Origin: Amphiscolops sp. MND2022
Lineage: Eukaryota
NCBI GenBank assembly: GCA_964187785.1
Contig: OZ076409.1
Location: 45,138,001-45,202,000, forward strand
Length of the DNA stretch: 64,000 nucleotides
Direction of reading: 5' to 3'
Shown here: positions 51,810 to 64,000 of the stretch, one piece after another
Layout: the number at the start of each line of letters is the position of its first letter
Numbering within the stretch: position 1 is the stretch's first letter
The notes under the pieces: model-generated
Database searches by the model: none
What the model saw: only the letters and a program-made list of their open reading frames with translations
What the model was told of the DNA's origin: nothing
Program-made: the position numbers and the translations under genes

Positions 51810-52267
51810 ATTCGCAAAGTTTTAACATGCTAAGCCGGGATAGTGTGAAACTGCTTGATATTGTCTGTGAAAAGTTGTCAAATCCAGTCCAGCAAAACCA
51901 AACTTGACGAGAACATGGCTAAAAACTCGGGACTAAAATTCTTTTCTGACATAGTCAAGGGAAAAGTTTCCGATCGAGGAAACTTGTGGACTGCTGGCGA
52001 TAGAGATCTTCTTGATAGAGTTTCTATCCCAAACTGTTTTGTGGAACGGTCTTTCAGCACATACAAGGATCTACTGTCATGCAGACGGCAAAGTCTTACT
52101 AAGGACAATATTGCAAAAATGTTGTTTTGCTCTTGTAACTCTGATCTTTAGTAATTTTGCATATATATTGTTGCAAAATTCAATGTTTGAAAGCATATAT
52201 TTTCTTACATATTCGACCTATTTTAGGCACCAAATTTGCTACATATTTTATAATTTAAGGAAACCTA
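51810..52267 (+). mobile_element. 3' fragment of a hAT-superfamily (CGGBP1-like) transposon
   Basis: C-terminal dimerisation-like motif VERSFSTYKDLLSCRRQSLTKDN; probable TIR end ...GGAAACCTA (TAGG on the minus strand). Confidence 0.65.
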
Positions 52268-53074
52268 ATATTATTGCCTCTGGTGACGAATTGAAGGCTC
52301 GACTTTATCGATAACTAACGTCATCAATACCTTACTCAATAACAATCAACAGTGGGGAAATAAATGAACATCTTCACGAAAATTATTTTTCGGCCAAAAG
52401 TTGAAGCTGCCTCTTCAATTGACCAAAATTATTGTCAGAATTGGGAAGAATTTAATGTGCTCTTGACTGAAGTTCGATCCACAAAATTTATGCAGTCGGT
52501 CGAATTTAGTACAAGGTGAATTTCTTCTTGAGTCGTTGCCTCTCTATGGCCACCATGAATTGACTATAGCTTATGTTTCTATAGATCGTCTTTCAAAACA
52601 AAGGCAGATAATAATTGATTATTTGAGGCTACTTTCTATCAAGTTTTGATCCCACAATGATGTGAAAAGCAATCAAAATTTATATGTAGAGCGGCAAAAA
52701 AAACGAAATACCTAAAGAATATTTGACAACAATTACAAACAACAGTAACAAAAACAGCTAGGCCTTTTCTAAATTTGTTTTACCGAAATCGGAGAATTAA
52801 CTTCCGAAATATTAAAAATTTTTTGAAAGACTGGGGATTGAACCCACGGTCTTTTGCATCGAAAGCTAGCGCGCATCCTTTTTGCCCATATGCCTTGAAA
52901 GTAATCGATTTCTATTTGGCTTTATCCTTATTGCTTGTCAACATCCTCCGGACCCAAGAGGATGTAGAGAAACGAATCAATCCAACAAAAAAACTTTTTT
53001 CAGCTTTATTTTTCATACATGTTATGAAATATAATAAAATACGGTGAAATGAAACAGTAACAATCAAATAGTTT

Positions 53075-56000
53075 ATAGTTTATTCGGGAATGGTAGAACG
53101 GGAGCGAGCTTGGCAACTGGGCGATCAAGCTTTCCAGTGAAGATCTTTTCTTCAGCTGAACGGGCGATGGCATCAGCGCCGTAATTTAACTTAACTACGC
53201 GACCAAGTTGGTAGTGTCCCCTTGGTGCGGTAGGTTCTACTAACCAGACGAAGTCTCCTGTTTTTAGGTCTCGTTCTGTCGACTTGCACCATTTCGAGCG
53301 ACGGTTGAGGTTTGGAACGTACTCCTCCAGTCAACGATTCCAAATTGCGTCTGAATACGTTTGGGCTCAAAAGTATCGCTTTGGGTGGTCTATTTCGGGG
53401 CAGAAGTGCTATGGTAATGTTGAACTAGAGTTCCCAGTGAAAAGTAGTTTGGTGTAAGAGCGTCGAGGTCAGTAGCTTCGGGACTAACGGGAGTGATCGG
53501 ACGAGCATTGAGACACTGTTCCACCAAGCAGAACGTTGTCGTCAAGATTTCATCTGTTAAATTGCAGTTTCCTGAAATGGCATAGAAAACGTGCTTGAAG
53601 CTACGAACTAGGCCTTTCCAAACACCTCCGTGATGGGGAGCACTTGGTGGGTTAAACTTCCACTTATTCTTTTTCTTGACCAGTGCATCGCTGACAATTT
53701 GTTGATTCCAATTGTTGGACAAAAGTTCTTTCTCGCTAGCAACGAAGTTTGTTTTATTGGCGGGCCAGATAACTCATGGAAGTCCACGGCGGTCACAAAA
53801 TCGTTCTCTTCCCATCACACAGCTATTGGTGTCCATGCTAGGAACTACTTCAAAGTGGACACCGCGAGTCGTTAGGCTAGTGAAAAAGAAACCCCAGCGT
53901 TCTTCAGCGGACCGCCTCACGGTTACAATGAAGGGTCCGAAGTAGTGAACACCAGTGTTTGAGAAAGAGGGTTGTTTGAAAGCAAGTCTTTCTCGCGGGA
54001 GGTCCGCCTTCACTGGTGTAACAGTTTCAGTCTTTCGCTTGTGGCATGTGACACACTTCGAAACTATTGTTCTCAAATATTGCTCGCAGTTTGACCACCG
54101 CAAGACGTTGCTTCATCAAAGCGCCGAGGTAGTCACCACCTTGATGACAATGTTGAACGTGCGTGTGTTTCAACAATAGTCGGACCAAGGGTTATCGGAC
54201 ATCCAAAAGAATGGAGTATTTCACATCGAAGGTTGCAACATCAAGACTTTTGTTCAACCAGAAGCTTTTAGGAGCCCGTTGGGTCCTATGAAGGGAAAAA
54301 ATTGGGCATGTTCAGAAGTTATACTGAGCGGGATTGACTTCAGCAGATGACTTTTCTCAACTCAAGGGATTGACTTTTCTCAAGGATTCTGCTTGAGTCA
54401 GAGAGAAAAAACGTTTGTCGGCAATGATCCGGGTCCACAATGGCCGGGTCCACAATGGCACCAGTGTTGGTCCTCTATCCGCTGTTCTTTGGTAAGAGCC
54501 GCAAAACCTAGGCTGCAATGCGCAGGGGTTTCTCGTATGAGCAATACTTCCGCCACTCGAATGTTTTTCCAATTGCAACTTGGAGCATTGACCAAGATTC
54601 TGAAACTAGTTCGTCAGTCGGATTTGTATTTTTTGTTTCAGTTTCAGTCGGAAATCTTCGGATGGCTTGAATGACCATAGGTTTGTTTCCAGGAAATTTT
54701 TTGTTTTCAGGACCATACTTTACCGAAAAGCCTTGGCAGACAAACCTTTAGTTCCAGCCTCAGCAGGATTGTCGGCAGATTGAACATGGTACCACTAATC
54801 TGCAAATGTTAATTCGAGTATTACTGTGACACGGTTTGCAACCAACACCGGCTGTTTCTCGAAAGAATGTAGCCACTGAAGGACCGTAGTACTGTCAGTC
54901 CACATGTAAGTTCTCTCAATCTGCGGAGTGAGCGCGCGTTGTTCTTCATTTCTCAACCTTGCAGCGAGTAGCGCGGCCTGCAGTTCGAGTTTAGAAATGG
55001 TCAACCCTTTCATTGGTGCAACTCGAGTTTTAACAAACACAAAAACTATTTCGGTATGACAGCTTTCTTCAGTTTTGACTTTCACTCTGAGGAAAGCTAC
55101 GGCACTAAAAACATCTTGCGAACTGTCTCCAAACATGTGTGGTTCCAGGGGCACGACATTATGCTGGAAGTAACTTCTCGGTATCACGAGTTCACTAAGT
55201 GTTCCCATTTAAGAACTCCAGTCAAACACTTGGTTACAATGCCTTCTGGGAGAGAGTCATCCCATTACTGGCCGCTCAGTCTCCATATGTCTTTCAGCAG
55301 AAGTCAGGCTTTCACGGTGTTCGAGGCTACGAGCCCAATAGGGTCGTAAACGGCGGAGACGAGGCTGAGAACAACTCGTTGGGTAACAGTTCGGTTTGTG
55401 TCAGGAGTGGTGCCTCGGCTAACCACAAGTGTATCCGCGTCGTGGTTCCATTCGCGGCCAAGTACGTGTGATGATTCCTCTGTTGTCGGTAACTGTGTAC
55501 CATCATTGGTTTGGCACTCAGACTTCGGTTCGATTTGTTGCAGCAAATGAGGGTCGTTAGACACGAACTTCGTTAGGTTGAGTCCACCCAGTGAACGTAA
55601 TTCTATTAAATCTTAGCTTTCTGAGTAGCTTCTTCGGCTGTGGGACTAGACTCGAGGTAGTCGTCCATGCAGAAATGCCTCTGCACCCGTTGGGCGGCTT
55701 ACGGAAATTTGTCAACATTGTCAATTGCGGTCCTCTTCAGAGCGTTATTGGTTCCGAAGCATTCAGACTCATCGACCGGAGCAATGTACCTTTTTTCGAA
55801 GTCGTCTCTGATTGTCTTGCTGTGACTCTCTTTCAGTTGGGGATCTTTTCCAAGGCGGCGTTCTAACGACTTAAGTTGTACAAGAACCAAGATGTAGTTG
55901 CTCGGTAACGCACATTCTTCATCGGCCCACATTCCAACTTCGTGACGCCAATCATCGTTGAATGTCGTCTCTTTGCGAATTTTCAACGCTCGCGCAGCGG

Positions 56001-59000
56001 CTCTGGAACGAGAGTCAACTTGCTTGTAGACACCATATGACTCCATGTCATACCAACTGCGAAGTTGTTCGGCAAGAATAGAGTCGTTCTCCGAGCTAGT
56101 GACAGCTTTGAAACAAGTCGACAAAAGACCCGTGGTGGAAGGACGCAGACCACTCGGTACCCAACCCAACGGTGAACGAACGGTTATTGGAGTATTTGGA
56201 CGGTGGACTGCGAAATACTCCAATGGGCGGATACATGGAAGACATCCTGCTGACCAAGGATCATCGCAACGTCTGAGTAGCTGTATTGTGTGGAGGGAAT
56301 CGACTCTAAATGCGGGTAGGTCGTTTTCAATTTGTCAACGTCGGTAAGGTCGTTTCCAACTTTCAAAGCATCTCGAACGTAAGGACTGACAGAAAACGAT
56401 GAACACGAGCCACCCGAATGAACGGGTTTCAACTTGAGCTCAACGGTTTCAGTGTTGATCAGTTGTTGAGAGTTTTTTTCCGTGCACGGTTAATTTGGTT
56501 GCTGTGCCTTTAATTTGTAATTTGTCAGCCTATCTTCTCGAGCTCCAAAAATGAATACAAACTGAGTCACATAAAGCAAGACTTTTCTGGGAGCTCGGCA
56601 ACGATGTCAATTCGACTTCTGTTAATTGCAACGAGCCTTTGACGTCGGTAACGGAAGGCATGCCGGAGCTTTCATTGCCAGTTTGTCTCAGACTGACCTT
56701 TGTCGTTCTACTTTCAGAAGTTTTCGCGTCGCTGGGACTTTTCTGTGGAAAAATTTTGTCAGACCAGTTAAATTAGTGTTATAGTGTTATGGGAGCAGCA
56801 GCCGCCGTCTTTGGTGCATTTTCTTGGTTGGGGGCATTGCCGGAATGAATGTCCTTCGTTTAGACAAGAAAAGCAGAGTTTGTTCTCAGCGGCTAGCTTG
56901 GTTCTCTCTGTCGAAGTTTTTCGGCGAAATACTGTACAACGCCAGAGCACATGGCTGTCCTTGTAGGCTAAACATTGTTTCTCACTTCTAACCTTGGTAA
57001 CAGTGTTGACTTGGTTACTGGTGATCGCCGCAAAAACCCTGGTTCCTGTTTTTGTCTTGGTTACGGTAGTGACAGGAACTTCTTCGGATCTTGGCTTACC
57101 GGAGGCTGCTTTCATTCTTTCGTGCGCCTCTGCCTTCTCCTTTAGCCAATTGTTGAAGTGAGTCAAAGTCTGCCGATCCAAATACCGTTTGACGGTGTTA
57201 GTCGACCACGCTTCCTTCTACCTTGGTGGAAGTTTTTGAACTGCTTGGCTTAAGCTCGACAAATCCTGTAGGTAGTTCGAGGATCGGAAAACACCAACTA
57301 GTGAGGAAACTGTGGCAGAAAAGCTGATGATACTGTCGCTATTGTGCATCCTAACTGGCGGACAGTTGGCAAGTTTGTCAAGGTACGAACTAACAACAGT
57401 CTGAGATTTCCCAAATTTTTGTTCCAAAGTTTTCAACGCGTCTTTGTACATGGTACCGCAGTAGTCAAACTCAACTCGGCGATAGCTGTTTTTGGCTTAT
57501 CGGACAACAGGGAACAAGAAATTTCGGCGACAGGTGTTTCGGCGACAGACGATTCGGCAACAGACGTTTCGGCGACAGACGTTTCAGCGACAGACGTTTT
57601 GGCGACAGACGTTTCGGCGACAGACGTTTCGGCGACAGACGTTTCGGCGACAGACGTTTCGGCGACAGACGTTTCGGCGACAGACGTTTCGGCGACAGAC
57701 GTTTCGGCGACAGACGTTCCGGCGACAGACGTTTCAGCGACAGACGTTTCGGCGACAGACGTGTCATTGGACGTTTCGGCGACACTTTCGGCGTCTCTTA
57801 ACAGGGCGGGAGGAAAACTGTCGCCGAAACGTCTCTTCATAGGATGGGCGGAAACACATGTATGAAGATTACAACATAAATTATCAGGAGACTTGGTTTT
57901 GTATACATCATATAGAAGATATCATTTGAAAAGTATAAAACGTGCCTCGGATATGTTCCCATTTCCTCTAGTGTCCCGCAGCACCTTGGGGCCGCTTATG
58001 TTCCCATCTTGCTGAGCGAGGTAGAACAGGAGCAAAGACCTAGCGGGAACGGAGATCGCGATTCGATCGTAGTGGGAGCTTGTCTTTGCGACGGTGAAGG
58101 CGAGCGTGCATACACAGAATATGCCTTACATTATATTATTTTCGCTTCCAGAACAAACGTTTTTAGCTTTTGGAGGACGTTTCGGCGACAAAGTGTCGCC
58201 GAAACGACTGTCACCGAAACGTCCAGAATCCGGACAACAGTGTCTTCAGATAGGTCAGTTTTACGTCATCGGTAAAGGGGCCTGAATCGATGGCACTCTA
58301 ACTAGCCGAACAACTCGTGCCATTGAAGTGGATCTCCACTGTACTGGGCCAATTTCCGTTCCGGGATTTGGTCCCTCTTCGATGACGCTAACAGTTCCGC
58401 AAGGTCCTGAAGAGTGAAACTGTTTGTTGCTGGTTACGGTGCATTGATCAACGGAGGGGGTGCAAAGGGCGTTGTTGTTGAAGGAATGGCTGGGAAGGTT
58501 GTTGGTACTGATGCGTTGATCGGTGCGGGCACTGTTGTAAGAGACATCGGGTTAAAATAGTATACGGTTCCTCCAACGGTGACTGGAAGAATAGGCGAAG
58601 CAGTTGGGGCGACACTAGTAGCCGGCAAAACTTTCGGAAACACGGTGTGGTTCGTAGTTACGGGAGTTGCGGTCACAGGTTGGTTACTTGGTCCTTTCGG
58701 AAACGTCCAGGTTGAGAAGTTTGGAAGAAGATGACTTGCGGGAACAGTGACTGTTGAAAAGGGAAATGACGTGGCGGTCGCCAAAGGGGCTGATGCTGTA
58801 GCAGTTACAGATGGAGCAATTTTCCTCTGAGGCGTTGTGGTTGATTGGGGATCTTGGACGTGGCCAGTGTTTGGTAGGTAAACTATTGAACTTTTTTCCG
58901 TAACTAAAGGCACGTTGTTAGTTGTTGGTGCGGTTGGAAGGGCTACAGGAGTCACTAGTGGGAAGCTAGGTGTTGGTGTTGTTGTAGGGGCTCCACTGTT

Positions 59001-60660
59001 GACTGAATTTTCTGCTGCAGTAGTGACGGTAACGGCGTTCGGGTACAAAGTTCCAGCATTTGTGGGCTCACGTGCAGTAGCTACGGGTGAAATGTTAACC
59101 CACTCGCTGACACGGACCGTATCGTCAGCTTTAGTCGAAGCAGCTAGTTGCAACACAGTGACTAGAAACTCTGATTGAGAGTCCGGCAGGTCCTCAGTCA
59201 CTTCAAGCTCAGTGAGTGTCAGCTAGTTTCTTTCGATTCTCCTCTTCTAATCGTTCTACTGGAAGTGCTTGCTCCTTCTTGAGTCGGTCGGGCCAACGTC
59301 TAAGTAGTTCTTGTTATTCCTCTAGACGTTCAAGTTACAGATACTGCTGTTGCTACGCAGATCTAAGGGCGGCTTAGTTTGGCCTTCCTGTCTCCTCTTT
59401 CCATTGCTTGGCAATCAACAAGTTTATTTGTCACTGACTGGATGTTCTCGATTGTCTGAATGTCTTTGAAGCTGGCGTTTTGATTGGTGGCTTGTTCTTT
59501 GTGACAATTAAGATGCTCCATCGACGATCGGACATTGATCGACTTAATCCCGAGCCTTCTTCAAAACCTCAGCAATTCGAGTGGTCACTTCGTTCAACCA
59601 AGTTTTCAAATCTTGTTCAACAAGTGACGGGGTTTGTTCTGCCAGCCAGTTCGAAAAGTTGTTCATGTTTGGCAAACAGTTTTGTCATTGCTTCATCTCA
59701 TGAAGTTACAAGTCTTTGATCCCGGACACGGCTATCTTTGTTCTCCACGGCATCTTGAAATCTCTGTAATTCGGTCTCGGCCTTGGCACGACTTTCGAAA
59801 AGTTTTCTAACTTTGTCTTGCCTGGTGTCGGTCATTTTCGTCGTTTTTTTTCGTTAGAAAAGGAATCAAGGTAGTAGGGAAAGTGTTAATCGAAATACAA
59901 CGAGGGATAAATTCTTCGACAGCGTCAACCAAGCAATTAAGCTTAGACACAGCTGAACGGAGGAAACGTTTGGTTTCACGGTAACAATGTGGAGCTGATG
60001 GAAGCCGTATCTCACGATAACAGCAACGGTAGAGAAGTTTTACGATTTTTTTCAATTTTTAAAAGTAGTTACAAGAGACGGGAGGAAATGTGACGACACT
60101 TCAATTTAAAAACACGCTCTTCTCGAAAGGGTGACGTTCGTGCTATACTCACTGCCCAAAGAGCGGAAGAAGGCCGAAAGGATTTCATCCAGACAAAAAA
60201 GTCTGGACACCGTCCAAACGGCAGGAAGAAAGTGGCACCGACTGCTATGTTTTATGGATTCTTCTGGAATTCGGTTCACTTTCTTCAGTCATTCTGCAGC
60301 ACTTTTCCCATGAACAAAGTTGAACTCATCTACCCAAAATTACTACAGCCGAGAAAGGCACATTGATTTCAGATCGTTTCACTGTCGAACTTCAACCTTT
60401 AGTTCTTTCCGGTCGTCTTCCGTAAGCGTCGACCATGTTTCTGCTTCTAACAGTAACGAATAGATCCCATAATACCGTGTAATTACATAAACGAATATGT
60501 CATACATATTCAGGCGTCAAATCGGAAACAAATAGTTGCTACATGTATATAGTGATCACATGTACAGGCGGCAACGAAGAGTGAAAAAACAGCAAATACC
60601 TGACGCCAAATCAAGCCGTTAATACGGGGTAAGCAAATCCAACTAAGATAAACACTGACA
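53075..60660 (-). mobile_element. BEL/Pao LTR retrotransposon, degenerate, 3' LTR not found
   Basis: Gag LEQKFG and triple Cys/His cluster (CLA...H...C; CFSCLNEGH...C; CTKDGGCCSH), RT MDDYL, RNase H HMFGDSS / VAPMKGLTISKLELQAA / WTDSTTVLQWL, integrase GVHYFGPF and WKFNPPSAPHHGGVW. Probable LTR/PBS junction ACA-TGGTCGACG at 60436/60435; the outer LTR end near 60660 is a guess. Confidence 0.9.
57510..58231. mobile_element. MITE with a 15-bp tandem array (GTTTCGGCGACAGAC x16) inserted in BEL gag
   Basis: Flanked on both sides by CGGACAACAG (57501-57510 and 58231-58240), giving an 8-10 bp TSD depending on the ends chosen. Imperfect TIRs built from the same 15-mer. Removal restores gag LKTLLSDKPK. 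Confidence 0.9.
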
Positions 60661-60689
60661 AGTGAACTACAATAAAATTTTCCATAAAC

Positions 60690-61112
60690 ATCAAGGTGCT
60701 GAAAAGTGCATTAACTAACGCTGAAAAGGGCGATGCCTATGCAAGAGAATTCAAATGCCTGACAAGGCGTGCACAAAAGTTAATTTGTACCCTATGGTCT
60801 TCTGATGTTTCTTATGGAAAGCGAAGCCTAGTCATTCAGCATATAAAAACTGAGAGACACAAGAACAAACAGCAACAATCGGACCGACAAACTTTACTAT
60901 CCAACTGTCCTCAGACAAACTACTTTGCCATACACTTTTGTAATGCATTTTTATCAGCTAATATACCAATGGAAAAATTAGGGAACACCCAGTTGAAAAC
61001 TCCTCGAAAACTACACCAAAAATGCCATAATCGACACTATTCTTCAACTAGAAGGGAATTTGCCATCATGGGATATTGTGAAATTGCTTGATATTGTCTG
61101 TGAAAAGCTGTT
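60690..61112 (+). pseudogene. Internally deleted CGGBP1-like/hAT transposase fragment
   Basis: KLICTLW...QHIKTERH zinc-finger-like segment and FCNAFLSANIPMEKL. 61077-61112 matches 51844-51877 of the other hAT fragment. Confidence 0.6.
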
Positions 61113-64000
61113 TCGGCGACGTTTCGGCGACAGACGTTTCGGCGACAGACGTTTCGGCGACAGACGATTCGGCGACAGACGTTTCGGCGACAGACGTTCC
61201 GGCGACAGACGTTTCGGCGACAGACGTTTCGGCGACAGACGTGTCGTTGGACGTTTCGGCGACACTTTCGGCGTCTCTTAACAGGGTGGGAGGAAAAGTG
61301 TCGCCGAAACGTCTCTTCAAAGGATGGGCGGAAACACATGTATGAAGATTACAACATAAATTATCAGGAGACTTGGTTTTGTATACATCATATAGAAGAT
61401 ATCATTTGAAAAGTATAAAACGTGCCTCGGATATGTTCCCATTTCCTCTAGTGTCCCGCAGCACCTTGGGGCCGCTTATGTTCCCATCTTGCTGAGCGAG
61501 GTAGAACAGGAGCAAAGACCTAGCGGGAACGGAGATCGCAATTCGATCGTAGTGGGAGCTTGTCTTTGCGACGGTGAAGGCGAGCGTGCATACACAGCAT
61601 ATGCCCTACATTATATTATTTTCGCTTCCAGAACAAACGTTTTTGCTTTTGGAGGACGTTTCGGTGACAAAGTCGTTTCGGCGACACTTTGTCGCCGAGA
61701 CATCCGCCGCCGTTTTGTCGCCGAAACGTCTGTCACCGAAACATCCAGAATCCGGACAACAGTGTCTTCAGATAGGTCAGTTTTACGTCATCGGTAAGGG
61801 GGGCTGAATCGATGGCACTCTAACTAGCCGAACCACTCGTGCCATTGAAGTGGATCTCCACTGTACTGGGCCAACTTCCGTTCCGTGATTTAGTCCCTCT
61901 TCGATGACGCTAACAGTTCCGCAAGGTCCTGAAGAGTGAAACTGTTTGTTGCTGGTTACGGTGCATTGATCAACGGAGGGGGTGCAAAGGGCGTTGCTGT
62001 TGAAGGAATGGCTGGGAAGGTAGTTGGTACTGATGCGTTGATCGGTGCGGGCACTGTTGTAAGAGACGTCGGGTTAAAATAGTATACGGTTCCTCCAACG
62101 GTGACTGGAAGAATAGGCGAAGCAGTTGGGGCCACACTAGTAGCCGGCAAAACTTTCGGAAACACGGTGTGGTTCGTAGTTACGGGAGTTGCGGTCACAG
62201 GTTGGTTACTTGGTCCTGTCGGAAACGTCCAGGTTGAGAAGTTTGGAAGAAGATGACTTGCGGGAACAGTGACTGTTGAAAAGGGAAATGACGTGGCGGT
62301 CGCCAAAGGGGCTGATGCTGTAGCAGTTACAGATGGAGCAATTTTCCTCTGAGGCGTTGTGGTTGATTGGGGATCTTGGACGTGGCCAGTGTTTGGTAGG
62401 TAAACTATTGAACTTTTTTCCGTAACTAAAGGCACGTTGTTAGTTGTTGGTGCGGTTGGAAGGGCTACAGGAGTCACTAGTGGGAAGCTAGGTGTTGGTG
62501 TTGTTGTAGGGGCTCCACTGTTGACTGAATTTTCTGCTGCAGTAGTGACGGTAACGGCGTTCGGGTACAAAGTTCCAGCATTTGTGGGCTCACGTGCAGT
62601 AGCTACGGGTGAAATGTTAACCCACTCGCTGACACGGACCGTATCGTCAGCTTTAGTCGAAGCAGGTAGTTGCGACACAGTGACTAGAAACTCTGATTGA
62701 GAGTCCGACAGGTCCTCAGTCACTTCAAGCTCAGTGAGTGTCAGCTAGTTTCTTTCGATTCTCCTCTTCTAATCGTTCTACTCGAAGTGCTTGCTCCTTC
62801 TTGAGTCGGTCGGGCCAACGTCTAAGTAGTTCTTGTTATTCCTCTAGACGTTCAAGTTACAGATACTGCTGTTGCTACGCAGATCTAAGGGCGGCTTAGT
62901 TTGGCCTTCCTGTCTCCTCTTTCCATTGCTTGGCAATCAACAAGTTCCTTTGTCACTGACTGGATGTTCTCGATTGTCTGAATGTCTTTGAAGCTGGCGT
63001 TTTGATTGGTGGCTTGTTCTTTGTGACGATTAAGATGCTCCATCGACGATTGGACATTGATCGACTTAATCCCGAGCCTTCTTCAAAACCTCAGCAATTC
63101 GAGTGGTCACTTCGTTCAACCAAGTTTTCAAATCTTCTTCAACAAGTGACGGGGTTTCTGTTCTGCCAGCCAGTTCGAAAAGTTGTTCATGTTTGGCAAA
63201 CAGTTTTGTCATTGCTTCATCTCATGAAGTAACAAGTCTTTCATCCCGGACACGGCTATCTTTGTTCTCCACGGCATCTTGAAATCTCTGTAATTCGGTC
63301 TCGGCCTTGGCACGACTTTCGAAAAGCTTTCTAACTTTGTCTTGCCTGGTGTCGGTCATTTTCGTCGTTTTTTTTCGTTAGAAAAGGAATCAAGGTAGTA
63401 GGGAAAGTGTTAATCGAAATACAACTAGGGATAAATTCTTCGACAGCGTCAACCAAGCAATTAAGCTTAGACACAGCTGAACGGAGGAAACGTTCGGTTT
63501 CACGGTAACGGTGTGGAGCTGATGGAAGCCGTATCTCACGATAACAGCAACGGTAGAGAAGTTTTACGATTTTTTTTTCAATTTTTAAAAGTAGTTACAA
63601 GAAACGGGAGGAAATGTGACGACACTTCAATTTAAAAACACGCTCTTCTCGAAAGGGTGACGTTCGTGCTATACTCACTGCCCAAAGAGCGGAAGAAGGC
63701 CGAAAGGATTTCATCCAGACGAAAAAGTCTGGACACCGTCCAAACGGCAGGAAGAAAGGGGCACCGACTGCTATGTTTTATGGTTTCTTCTGAAATTCGG
63801 TTCACTTTCTTCAGTCATTCTGCAGCACTTTTCCCATGAACAAAGTTGAACTCATCTACCCAAAATTACTACAGCCGAGAAAGGCGCATTGACTTCAGAT
63901 CGTTTCACTGTCGAACTTCAACCTTTAGTTCTTTCCGGTCGTCTTCTGTAAGCGTCGACCATGTTTCTGCTTCTAACAGTAACGAATAGATCCCATAATA
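61110..64000 (-). repeat. Near-identical duplicate of about 57630-60474 (MITE right part, BEL gag, PBS, LTR start)
   Basis: Offset 3480 in the MITE body and 3522-3526 afterwards; paired ORFs 58434-59201 and 61956-62723 differ at only a few residues. Runs off the window end. Confidence 0.95.

Noticed and set aside
52829..52894. tRNA gene on the minus strand (GTGGGTTCAATCCCC T-arm)
   Set aside because: Acceptor, D and anticodon stems do not pair properly; at most a SINE/tRNA relic.
57521..57765. 15-bp repeat array as a CRISPR array
   Set aside because: Units are directly adjacent with no unique spacers, there are no cas genes, and the array sits inside a TSD-flanked MITE.
57344..57865. ORFs with KRLSP, ATDVS, AETSV or RRQTF repeats (protamine- or antifreeze-like)
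   Set aside because: The 15-mer has no stop in any frame, so these ORFs arise automatically. The same applies at 61037-61345.
58434..59201. Thr/Pro-rich 255-aa ORF as a mucin-like host gene
   Set aside because: It lies on the BEL strand between the PBS and the gag core, so it is best read as the low-complexity gag N-terminal region.

Overview
AT-rich eukaryotic DNA, most likely from an invertebrate animal (spliceosomal introns, animal-type transposon families; the species cannot be established from the sequence). The window is mostly nested, decaying transposons: four Ty3/Gypsy (Mag-like) LTR retrotransposons, three with exact 5-bp TSDs; a degenerate BEL/Pao element whose 5' half is duplicated; an APE-RT LINE; a complete Tc1 (DD34E) element; CGGBP1-like hAT fragments; MITEs built from 15-bp repeats; and two families of non-autonomous Helentron-like (HINE/DINE-1-like) elements. 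One probable host gene (coiled-coil, minus strand, about 42.8-45.4 kb) and a few orphan exons are visible. I see no CRISPR array, operon or other prokaryotic system, and I cannot claim a new biological system. The most unusual features are the HINE-like families with covarying terminal hairpins and triple nesting, gag start codons formed at the LTR/primer-binding-site junction, a solo-LTR-like family with about 195 codons running to its terminus, and two near-perfect template-switch palindromes. Coordinates and mismatch counts were made by eye.
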